Shown piece by piece: positions 9,173-19,000 of a DNA stretch of 64,000 nucleotides; within the stretch, counting starts at the first letter, position 1, and the number at the start of each line of letters is the position of its first letter. The stretch comes from Escherichia phage 121Q, in sequence record NC_025447.1; one strand, given 5' to 3'. The notes beneath the pieces were generated by a model that ran no database searches, was not told the DNA's origin, and saw only the letters and a list, made by a program, of their open reading frames with translations. The translations under genes were made by a program, and so were the position numbers.

Positions 9173-10273
9173 ATGAGTGTTAACTATACAATTTATCGAA
9201 GTAATGGTAGTGTTTATGCTACCATTCCAAATAACGTTATTTTAGGTCCAAATCAGCCAGGTAGTAACCCAGTTCCATTAAATTTAGTTGGTAGAAACAA
9301 AGTAAGTTATGGTCAAGCATGGAATGAAAACTTTTTACATTTAGTTGAAAACTTCAGTTCAGCTTCAGCACCACGTGGTAACGTAAATGGTCAACTTTGG
9401 TATCGAAATACTGGAAGTACTGGTGAGTTATTAATATCATTAGTGGATAATGCTAGACAACCAGCAGATATGGTAAGTGAAGCGGAATGGGCTTCTATTC
9501 CAATGATAACCGTATTCAACACTGTACCAGATGGTGAAAACAGTGTTATGGGTCGTATGGTATTAACCAGCAATGGTGATTCACTTCGTGTTTTGATGAA
9601 AAACAAAGAATGGCGTGAAATTCAAACATCTCGACCAGAAAACAAAGAATATACATCATTATTAGATATTAACTATGATAATGGAAAAAAATACATAGAG
9701 TTTACACAAAGTAACAGTACTAAACCAATTGCGTATTTTAACTTAGGCGGTACTTCACAAGTAGATACAAATAACTGGACAACATTAACTAATGGTACTG
9801 GTGTATTTGAATTTGGTAGCAACTATTTCTATGAATTAAAAATTATGATTAGAGAAGTAAATGATTCTTCTGGTGAGATAGTTTCTCTTCCATATAATTC
9901 AAAAACCTTTTTTATAAAAGGGCAATTCTATGTAGATAATCAAGGAACTTTTGTTCCTGGTTCGGTTGGGGCAAGTCAAATGCCAGACCCACGTAGGATT
10001 ACACAATTAGAATCCATAAAAGATGTTATTACCAGTAGTCGCCCAAACTGGGACGTAAATATTGTTATTAATGGTGTAGATCCATCTATCCCAAATCCTA
10101 ATGGAACATCTAAAGCTGATTATGAAAATTGGGTTATCAATTCTCTAAACTCAAATAAAAATTTAGGTTTTCGAGTTGATGGTAGCATTAGTAATCTAAC
10201 TGCTGGTGAATCCGTTAAACTACAAGCATCCGTGTTGTTAAATATTACAGGTATTCCGATTATTGGAGTATAA
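9173..10273 (+). CDS. Hypothetical protein, possibly fiber or baseplate associated
   Basis: 366-aa ORF, Asn/Ser/Thr/Gly-rich like the neighbouring fiber proteins; followed by a terminator hairpin. Confidence 0.4.
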   Translation: MSVNYTIYRSNGSVYATIPNNVILGPNQPGSNPVPLNLVGRNKVSYGQAWNENFLHLVENFSSASAPRGNVNGQLWYRNTGSTGELLISLVDNARQPADMVSEAEWASIPMITVFNTVPDGENSVMGRMVLTSNGDSLRVLMKNKEWREIQTSRPENKEYTSLLDINYDNGKKYIEFTQSNSTKPIAYFNLGGTSQVDTNNWTTLTNGTGVFEFGSNYFYELKIMIREVNDSSGEIVSLPYNSKTFFIKGQFYVDNQGTFVPGSVGASQMPDPRRITQLESIKDVITSSRPNWDVNIVINGVDPSIPNPNGTSKADYENWVINSLNSNKNLGFRVDGSISNLTAGESVKLQASVLLNITGIPIIGV

Positions 10274-10304
10274 AAAAAGGAGCCATGTGGCTCCTTTTTG
10301 TTTT
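10272..10304. terminator. Bidirectional rho-independent terminator
   Basis: A-run, stem GGAGCC/GGCTCC (10279-10294), T-run; sits between convergent genes. Confidence 0.6.
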
Positions 10305-10767
10305 AATATCTATATGGTAAACTGTTGACAAACTGTGTACCTTCACGTATACTTTCCCATAGTGAGTAAAAATCTTTCATTAAGTTTGTGTTAAGTAAAG
10401 TATTTTTAGCACCAGGGTGTAATGGTTTAGGCCAAGAACCAATTCTAACCCAAGCATAACCAGAGCTTTCATGATTTAAAGTTGGTACAAATTCATTCTC
10501 AACTACAATAACAAATGAATAATATTTAAATTTACCATTTTTTGTACAAAATACATCAAACGGTATAATATCAATAATGTTAGGTATTGAGTTGCCCAAC
10601 TCTTCTTTAATTTCTCGCATCAGACCTTGTAGTGGTGTTTCGTTATGTTCAAGCTTTCCACCAACAAATGCCCAGTTGTTAGAATAGGTACTTCTTTCAG
10701 AACGCAAGTTTAACATCATATGTCCAGTACTTTTTGATAAAAATATAGCACCAACCGCTTCATTCAT
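10303..10767 (-). CDS. Nudix hydrolase
   Basis: 154 aa; perfect Nudix box GGKLEHNETPLQGLMREIKEELG (G-x5-E-x7-REUxEExGU). Confidence 0.8.
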   Translation of the reverse strand: MNEAVGAIFLSKSTGHMMLNLRSERSTYSNNWAFVGGKLEHNETPLQGLMREIKEELGNSIPNIIDIIPFDVFCTKNGKFKYYSFVIVVENEFVPTLNHESSGYAWVRIGSWPKPLHPGAKNTLLNTNLMKDFYSLWESIREGTQFVNSLPYRY

Positions 10768-10780
10768 AACAACACCTCCT

Positions 10781-12124
10781 TTATTTGTCAGTGAAAGTTA
10801 TTTTCCAATATCCCTGACGATACACAGGCATGATACTTTTATGCCATTTAAATTTGTCATTATATCTATAATAACCATTGTCTTCTTTATTATAAATGTA
10901 ATTTCGTACAGTAGATGGATCAATTAATTGTGCACCATCATTTGTAATTTTAAACAAATAATTTGATGGGATTTCGGTTTCTTTATAAATGATGTTATGT
11001 ATACTGTTATTTACATAATATTGTTCAGGTAATGCACTTGAAAGTACTGAATCTTTCTGCACAAACCCATGTATAGTGTAATCAACAGTATAATTGGTAT
11101 TATCAAGCTGTACTATAATTTTGTTGGCATCTTCATTTTCACCATACGACGCTATATGACCTTTTAGTGGGTTGTCTTCTTCAATAGATTGTTGAAATTT
11201 AATCCCTACTTTTTTGTCATCAAAATTTGGTTCTAGATATTTAAGATATTTTTCCCATGAATATATTCCACCGTTGGGAGAAACCGCAGATAGCGATTGG
11301 CTAACCAAGGTAAGTTGGTATGTATCAGGTAAATTATACTTGGAATTAGTAATTTCTTCAACTTTAATGCATAAATTCTTGGGTGTAAAAACATCTGTTA
11401 TTATATCTGAATAATTTCCCATTTCAAAATCAAATTCGTCACGAGCACCTTTAATATTTGTAGTAATCTGTTGGATTAATTTTGGTTTTTCAACAATAGC
11501 TGGTAAAGAAAACCATATTGTCGTTTCAAATGTTAAAACCATTATATCCAAATCTGGGTCAGTTCCTTGTGGAAAACCACGAGTAGAAAACTGACAATCT
11601 ATTAGTTCAACATCACTAAGCGATGTCCAATCTAACGGGTTATCAGATAATTGAAGTTGTATACTAGGTGCAAACAAAGTTGAGATTTGTTCGAATAATT
11701 CCATTTTAGTTTGAGTTTGAGTTACCCAAATATTCAAATCAAACGTAAAAGTCCAAGGTACTGGGTTATGTCTTACAATTTTGTATTGTGTGTCAAGATC
11801 TTTTGTGTACTCATTAATAGCAGGGGACTTGTTAGACCCCATTACTATAGTTTCGTTGGCATTAGAACGAATATTTTTACGATCCAACTTTAGTTGATTA
11901 ACACTTATGGTCATTATAGGTGCTGATGGGAGAACATTTTCACTATTCCCATTTATAATTGCTGCTGCCATTCTTGAAATATCGGCATAGCGACATGGAA
12001 CCTTTTTGTATTTTGGGTTTCCATTAGCATCAATACCATTTTGTACTTGAAATTCACCAAAAACTCTGATAAGATGTTTCAGTACTCTGCGAAATTGACC
12101 GTCATAATAATAATCTATTTTCAT
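10781..12124 (-). CDS. Hypothetical protein, likely structural
   Basis: 447-aa ORF; 4-nt overlap with the upstream gene suggests translational coupling. Confidence 0.4.
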   Translation of the reverse strand: MKIDYYYDGQFRRVLKHLIRVFGEFQVQNGIDANGNPKYKKVPCRYADISRMAAAIINGNSENVLPSAPIMTISVNQLKLDRKNIRSNANETIVMGSNKSPAINEYTKDLDTQYKIVRHNPVPWTFTFDLNIWVTQTQTKMELFEQISTLFAPSIQLQLSDNPLDWTSLSDVELIDCQFSTRGFPQGTDPDLDIMVLTFETTIWFSLPAIVEKPKLIQQITTNIKGARDEFDFEMGNYSDIITDVFTPKNLCIKVEEITNSKYNLPDTYQLTLVSQSLSAVSPNGGIYSWEKYLKYLEPNFDDKKVGIKFQQSIEEDNPLKGHIASYGENEDANKIIVQLDNTNYTVDYTIHGFVQKDSVLSSALPEQYYVNNSIHNIIYKETEIPSNYLFKITNDGAQLIDPSTVRNYIYNKEDNGYYRYNDKFKWHKSIMPVYRQGYWKITFTDK

Positions 12125-13614
12125 TCTGTGTCCTTATGTATGCGATAAACAGTATTAGGTTTAACTGCGTCATGTAATGGAACTTTGTTATCACTATTTA
12201 CAAACTGTGTAAGTGCTAAGTCTGCACCTTCCCACGGTTTTCTTCCACCATAATCAAAAATAACCCATGAATTCTTAGTTGCATTGAATTCCCATAACGT
12301 AACTGGAGTATAATCGGTGCGATAGAAATAGTCACCATCTACTGCATCAGTTGGGAACATATTTCCTTCAGGGACTGTACCTCGTGCTGGTGGAATTTTA
12401 GGACGATAATCTTGTTGCGAATCAATATTACCATATACACAATTGGACGTGAATGGTTCATTGACATAAGTTACCTTTGGTTCCCCCCACTTGTCATCAT
12501 TATACTGATAAATGTGTGGTTCTTTATAAAAAATACAAAAATCTTCCACATCTTCTGGTGGAACATCACTGGTAGTATATTCTACATCACAATTTAACCA
12601 TTTTTTAGCACTTTTATCATATTGATACAACGTATAACCTGTCACATCTGCGTCATTTTCTTTAAAGAAGAAGTCACCATCCATTGGTTTTCTGGGAAAG
12701 ATGGTTCCACGCTTGACTTCCACAGAAATCCATGTATCATTAACAAACTCTTTGAGTACTGGGTATGTTTTTTTCAAAAAATACATTCCATCGGCAGGTT
12801 CTTCTGGAAAATCATAACCGTTAAGCATATATTTTGATAAATCTACTGTATCAGGTCGATCATCATACAAATGTTCATTTGTATAATGAATATAGGGTAC
12901 TTCATCATCAGCTTGCATGATGATACGGTTCATGATATCCATTTCATTGCCATAGTTACTGTTTTCCGACGAACCATCATCGGTATTTCCATTACCATTA
13001 TTAGGGTCATCTGGATTATCAGGATAATTATTGTTACCGAGTAAATCGGAGTACTCAGGTGAGTCGGTTAGCGGTTTAACTCTAAGTTTATAAATGTGAT
13101 GTTGCCACGTAACCGAGTATCCCTCAGATGTACGAAATGCATCTTGGACGACATAGAAGCGGTTTAGACCTGTATCTTTACCCAATACATCAAAATCACG
13201 TAAATTTGGTAGTTCTATCACATCCCCTGGCATGATTTTTCTACCTAAACGCTGCATCATTGTATTATAATGGATTGTGATGTCCATAGTGTTGAAATTA
13301 AAGAACAATCCTGGGATTTTCAAGTCTGGAGTTGCTTCTTGAACTTGATAGACACAACTAAGTGTGATAGCTTCAAGGTTGTAGTTTCTGTTTGGTGTGT
13401 CACCAAAAATTAAATCGCCAATACTTGACACAACTGATCCTGAAGATGTATAATCACCTCCATAGGATAAGTCAGTGTTGTCAGCAACTTGTTTTGGACC
13501 GACATATGCATAAAGCCACATGTCAACTCCACCAATGTTGTATTGTTCAGCAATGGCAGAATCAATGAACTTGTAATCATTGGTTCTACCTTTTTTCCAC
13601 ATTCTATATGTCAT
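12121..13614 (-). CDS. Hypothetical protein with low-complexity Asn/Asp/Gly/Pro segment
   Basis: ORF track starts at a TTG (13626); I prefer the ATG at 13612-13614, which has GGAGA 5 nt upstream. Contains PDNPDDPNNGNGNTDDGSSENSNYGN. Confidence 0.4.
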   Translation of the reverse strand: MTYRMWKKGRTNDYKFIDSAIAEQYNIGGVDMWLYAYVGPKQVADNTDLSYGGDYTSSGSVVSSIGDLIFGDTPNRNYNLEAITLSCVYQVQEATPDLKIPGLFFNFNTMDITIHYNTMMQRLGRKIMPGDVIELPNLRDFDVLGKDTGLNRFYVVQDAFRTSEGYSVTWQHHIYKLRVKPLTDSPEYSDLLGNNNYPDNPDDPNNGNGNTDDGSSENSNYGNEMDIMNRIIMQADDEVPYIHYTNEHLYDDRPDTVDLSKYMLNGYDFPEEPADGMYFLKKTYPVLKEFVNDTWISVEVKRGTIFPRKPMDGDFFFKENDADVTGYTLYQYDKSAKKWLNCDVEYTTSDVPPEDVEDFCIFYKEPHIYQYNDDKWGEPKVTYVNEPFTSNCVYGNIDSQQDYRPKIPPARGTVPEGNMFPTDAVDGDYFYRTDYTPVTLWEFNATKNSWVIFDYGGRKPWEGADLALTQFVNSDNKVPLHDAVKPNTVYRIHKDTE

Positions 13615-13654
13615 GATTGTCTCCAAAATAAATCGGGTATATCTTTATTTACCT

Positions 13655-13684
13655 TGTAGACAAACCGTAAGAATGTGATATAAT
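13655..13684 (+). promoter_or_regulatory. Sigma70-type promoter candidate for the ClpA-like gene
   Basis: TTGTAGAC -35-like element, 17-nt spacer, TGATATAAT with TATAAT at 13679-13684. Confidence 0.4.
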
Positions 13685-13724
13685 GTTTATTAATTAGAGT
13701 GACGTGAATCACATAGGAGAATAC

Positions 13725-16013
13725 ATGAATCTTACTCAATTGTTCAAAAAAAGCGACGAACTGGCAACATCTCTAGGTCATACATTCTTGACTATTGACC
13801 ACGTAAGTGCCACAGTACTGACTATTGATAGCATCAAGAACGTATTTGAAGATATGAACATTGATGCAGACAAACTGCACAACCGCCTGATGAACTATCT
13901 TAAAAATACAACAGTTCCACATGCACCAAAAAGTGTTAAAGATGAAGACGCGAATCGAACTTCACTTCTAGTGAATCGCGTTGTACATGAGCTTTCTAAA
14001 AAATCAGTCATTGAACAACTAAAAAGTGATGATTTTTCGATTGATGCATATTTTGTTCTATTCGAATGTCTGTCTTTCCCTAACACAGCACTAGAAGCTG
14101 CGTTAAAAGAAGAAGGTGTTAGCTGTACTGAAGCTGCACGTGCATTACAGAAACACGTTGAGTCACTTGATAAGGGTATCAACTTACAAAGTATTAATGA
14201 CGAACCGATTGGAGATAAAAAAGTGGCCCAACAGCAGCAATCATCTAAACAAAAAGGTTTGGAAGACTATACAACGAATCTAACTGCTCTTGCAAAAGAA
14301 GGCAAACTAGATCCTATGATTGGTCGCCAGAAAGAATTGTCTGCATTGATTGAGACTCTTGCTCGCAAAACCAAAAAGAATGCTATTCTCACTGGTGAAG
14401 CTGGTGTAGGTAAAACACAAATCATCGACGGGCTTGCACAAGCTATTGCTGATGGTAACGTACCTGAACACCTGAAAGACGTTGAAATTCTTTCACTAAA
14501 TGTTGGTGCATTGACTGCTGGTACTAAGTATCGTGGTGAATTTGAAGAACGCATCGACAATTTGCTAAAAGAACTAAAGAAACGTGAAAATACTATTGTT
14601 TTCATTGATGAAATTCATATTATGGTTGGGGCTGGTTCCGCAAGTAATGGTTCTATGGACATGAGCAATATGCTTAAGCCAGCACTTTCACGTGGTGAGA
14701 TTCGTGTAATTGGTGCAACAACATATGATGAATATCGTAAAAATATCGAGAAAGATAGTGCATTAACTCGTCGTTTTATGAAAATTGACGTAGTTGAGCC
14801 GACAATTGATGAAACTCGTGCAATTGTTAATGGTTTGAAACCAACGTATGAAAAATTCCATAATGTTGAGTTCACATCTGATGCAATGGATGCTGTAATT
14901 TCTCTCAGTGATAAATTCCTGAAGAATAAGCACTTCCCAGATAAAGCAATTGATCTAATGGATGCTGCTGCGGCTAAAGTTCGTTCACGTGACAACAATA
15001 GTAAGCTAATTACTGCCAATTTGATTCAAGAAGTTGTTGCTGGTATTGCCAATTTGGATATCAACGTGGTTGCATGTACTGAAAGTGATCGTATGCGTAA
15101 TCTACCAGATGCACTACGCTCACGTGTATACGGTCAAGAGGAAGCTATTCAAAAATTAGTTGATAACGTGATGGTAGCTCGTGCAGGACTGCGTGACAAA
15201 TCTAGTGTTCAGGGTGCATTTATGTTTGTTGGACCATCTGGTACTGGTAAAACAGAAATTACCAAAGCATTAGCAGACGCAACTGGTGCGGAACTCATTC
15301 GCTTTGATATGTCAGAATTTTCTCAAGAACATACTGTTTCTAAACTAATTGGTTCACCTCCAGGTTATGTTGGTCATGATTCTGGTAACGGTTTACTGTT
15401 GGATAAAATTGAGCAGTTCCCTAATGCAGTACTGTTACTTGATGAAATTGAAAAAGCAGATCGTAAAGTACTACTAACCTTCCTACAGGTTTTGGATGAA
15501 GGTCGTCTGACTGGTTCTCAAGGTAAAACTGTATATTTTAATAACGTAACTGTTATTATGACTACAAACCTTGGTGCGGCTGATTCAACAAAGCGTAGCA
15601 TTGGTATGAGCGGTAGTGACACTGCACAGGACAAGGCAATTAAAGCATTCTTGCCACCAGAGTTTATTAACCGTATTGATAGTATCGTTACGTTTAAAGA
15701 CCTAAGCAGTGAAGCTATTGACAGCATCATTGATAAGTTCATGGGTGGTTTGAATGAACAAGTCAAAGACCGTAATGTTAAAGTTACATTAACAAAAGCT
15801 GCACGTGAATGGCTTGCGAAAAATGGGGTAAAAGTTGGTATGGGTGCACGTCCAATGAAACGTACCATTGAACAAAACATTCGTGTGCCACTAGCTAAAG
15901 AAATGTTGTGTGGTTCACTTGTGAATGGTGGTAACATTACATTTGATGTTATTGATGGTAAAATCGGTATTAAGCCGAAACGTACCAAAGCTGTAGATAA
16001 AGCACTAGTATAA
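13725..16013 (+). CDS. ClpA-like AAA+ unfoldase (two nucleotide-binding domains, ClpP-docking-type IGM loop)
   Basis: Walker [10 protein letters not shown] (domain 1) and GPSGTGKTE (domain 2); Walker B FIDEIH and LLLDEIEKA; segment [10 protein letters not shown]...[20 protein letters not shown] resembles the E. coli ClpA IGL-loop region. Start moved to the ATG at 13725 (AGGAGA 5 nt upstream); the ORF-track start is a GTG. Confidence 0.85.
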   Translation: MNLTQLFKKSDELATSLGHTFLTIDHVSATVLTIDSIKNVFEDMNIDADKLHNRLMNYLKNTTVPHAPKSVKDEDANRTSLLVNRVVHELSKKSVIEQLKSDDFSIDAYFVLFECLSFPNTALEAALKEEGVSCTEAARALQKHVESLDKGINLQSINDEPIGDKKVAQQQQSSKQKGLEDYTTNLTALAKEGKLDPMIGRQKELSALIETLARKTKKNAILTGEAGVGKTQIIDGLAQAIADGNVPEHLKDVEILSLNVGALTAGTKYRGEFEERIDNLLKELKKRENTIVFIDEIHIMVGAGSASNGSMDMSNMLKPALSRGEIRVIGATTYDEYRKNIEKDSALTRRFMKIDVVEPTIDETRAIVNGLKPTYEKFHNVEFTSDAMDAVISLSDKFLKNKHFPDKAIDLMDAAAAKVRSRDNNSKLITANLIQEVVAGIANLDINVVACTESDRMRNLPDALRSRVYGQEEAIQKLVDNVMVARAGLRDKSSVQGAFMFVGPSGTGKTEITKALADATGAELIRFDMSEFSQEHTVSKLIGSPPGYVGHDSGNGLLLDKIEQFPNAVLLLDEIEKADRKVLLTFLQVLDEGRLTGSQGKTVYFNNVTVIMTTNLGAADSTKRSIGMSGSDTAQDKAIKAFLPPEFINRIDSIVTFKDLSSEAIDSIIDKFMGGLNEQVKDRNVKVTLTKAAREWLAKNGVKVGMGARPMKRTIEQNIRVPLAKEMLCGSLVNGGNITFDVIDGKIGIKPKRTKAVDKALV

Positions 16014-16049
16014 AAAAAGAAAAGGAGAGCATAATGCTCTCCTTTTTTT
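16012..16049. terminator. Bidirectional rho-independent terminator
   Basis: Stem GGAGAGC/GCTCTCC (16024-16042) flanked by A-run and T-run, between the convergent ClpA-like and giant genes. Confidence 0.65.
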
Positions 16050-16050
16050 A

Positions 16051-19000
16051 TTACTTAACTAATAATATATTTTTAATATCATTACCACTAACTTGTAGAC
16101 TATCAGTGTATACTGAAAGATCTATAGTGTAACTATTTTGTGTGTAACGTTTTAACATATCATAATTACCTAAATTAATTCCATTGAAAGAATATGTAGT
16201 ATTAAGTTTAAAATCATGTTCTGCACTATACATTACACCACGGAGTAAATTATTTGCATTTCTAACTTCAACTTTTTCATATCCAATCGATATAATATCA
16301 TTCATGTTTGCGGCTGAACCGGATAAAACATTATTTCTAATACTATAAGGACTTATTGATTTAGGTTGAGAAACATAGGTTGTATTTTCTTCACTAATGG
16401 TTGTGATGTTAGTAACAGTACCACCAACAACACCGATATACATACCGTCAACCATTGGGAATCCATAAACCCATATCCCTTCATTATTTCTAAACGGTTG
16501 AATAACACTTGAATCATATTCGATAACGTTGATTTCTAAACTATCAGTCATTTTAGTTCTTGCCAATTCACTAAGAACTCCCGCACCCGTAATTGGTAAG
16601 TTATAACCGTTATCGATAGTAATTCCATCAACATCAAATATTTCATTAGAGATTATCCAAACGTCAACGTCATCTGGTGTTATTCCGTCATTGTACTTAC
16701 CACCATTTAAAGTAGTATCGTAGAAAACATCATAATTAATTACATCAATGGTGTAATTTCTATTTTGTTCATACAATTTAATACCATTCTTGACAAATTC
16801 AGGGTCAGCAAATGTTCTAACACGAACAATGTTCAATGCTAGAGGCTGTACTGGCTCATTTTGTTGTGCAAGAGTGATGTTATCATAACGGAGAACTGCA
16901 CCAGTACTCTCATCAATCAATTCAATCGTTTCCTTACCTGTATTTCTTACAGTGAATAGGATCGGAGTTGTATTGTTTTTGATGTTAGATACACGCAAGA
17001 TTGTTTCCCATGTGTGATTTTGATATCTCACAAAATCTTCACCATCAGGAGTGAAAATCATCACCTTATCACCATCAGATAGGTCATTGTCAACTATTTC
17101 TGCTTCAGTTAAGCTATTAATAGATCTCACACGATAGAAATATTTTTCATCAAACTTCGATGTTGTTTTATTAATATCATTTTCAATCTTAGCATATGAA
17201 GGAATACTTACAATTGCTTCTGTATGTTTATATGGATTGATAATTGCCATACCTTCAGTTTGATATCTGCTGTTATCACGTAATTGTACAAGAGATACAT
17301 TGTCAAACCCATATCCATCAACTGTAAATCTAATTTGACCTACATCACGCCCAGAAGGGTTTATGTCAGATATATCCACAATATAAGGATCAACTTCATC
17401 ATCTTTAACTTCCCATTTTATTGAAGAAGTTTGAGATTCCAATGCTAGGTTATCAAATGCATTCATATCATTGAAGTACTTAGCTTCAGTAATACTATCA
17501 AGTATATATTGATAATCAGAATACATTGGATTATTTTGATCTAGTGGTAAATCATCAAGATTTATTTCAGCTAGTTCAACCATTTCACCATTTGTGATAA
17601 AATAATCTTCCATGAAATCATCAATACTTTGTTCATCAGGTATACTTTGATATACACCGTTAACATTTAAGTAAACATATTTTCGTGGAATCATTGTAAT
17701 TGCATAGATATCAATTGGGGTCTTACTAAGAATCTCTTCAGCTTTTTCGTACTTATCAGTAGCGTCTTTGTCGAATAACCCTCTCATACCTGCTAATACG
17801 TGAATAGCATCAGTATAGAAACGGGTATCACCACCTACTTCATCATAACGATAAACATATACACCATACTCAACTTCAAGTTTAACTTTTACTTCATAGT
17901 CTGATGCGTCAGGATTTTTATCTTTAATTAATGAAATGTATTTTTGATACAATTCACTGCTTATTTCAAAATATCCATAGTTATAATCATTACTAGAAGA
18001 AAAGCCTAATGGAAGTCTAGTACTAGGATTGTCATTATAAGTAAGTCCACTAAATCCACATCCAACTTCATCGTGAATTTTCTCATCACTTATATCTTTA
18101 TAAAGTTTCAAACGGTTTGCCAATGTGTTATACTGAACATATTGTCTAAGGTCAGTAAACATATCGTTATGCGTTGATTCTTTATAAACACGTTCCAATG
18201 TAGCAGTGAATTCATCAGTTGCTTCTAAATCTTCCGCATGGTCTTTATACCACTGGTTAACGCCATATGCTGTTCCTAGTGTTACATCCAATTCTGGATA
18301 GTAGATTTGCATTTGATAAGCAATAAGAAGATCGAAAGTTTCTTCACTATATTCTGGGAAAGAATATATATAACGTTGTAATTCATAGTTACTAACAGCA
18401 TCCTTTTCATTGGATTGATATTTGTTATTAACACTTACTAATTCATTTATGCTTGCCAAATCTTCATTTGGTTTACACTGAATATTATCATAATGCATAA
18501 TAATATCAATTTCTTGGAATCTTCTATTTGGTGTAACGAAATCACTTGGTAGTGAACCTACCTGTTCCCATTTTTGGGTAATTTCATTAAATTGAGCGTA
18601 CTCATAATCCCAAATATCTTTTTCAGTTTTGATCCAAGAACCGTCAACGAAAATATATCCATTAGGATCTAAATCATTACATAGACCTTTTATTAAATCA
18701 TCATCAGATGTCTTTTGCTCTATTTGTGAACGAATTTTAGTTCTATAAGGTTTAACTTCTTCAAAATATTCAACAATTTGATTAATCAAATTATCGTTTG
18801 AATAGTTTTGAACTAATGATTGTTCCAAACCAACAATATAGATATATGATGTTTTAAATACCCAATCCACAACACTTTGTTCAACATGTACATATTTGAC
18901 CATATCAAAAACAATTTCGCTTTGATGTAAATCGAAAGAATTTTTGAGTAAAGCTAGTGCTTTACGAACGTTGATTTCACGATTGCTTAGTGATCCATTA

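Noticed and set aside
13704-13724. GTG start for the ClpA-like gene given by the ORF track
   Set aside because: The ATG at 13725 has AGGAGA 5 nt upstream, whereas the GTG would place the ribosome-binding site inside the coding sequence.
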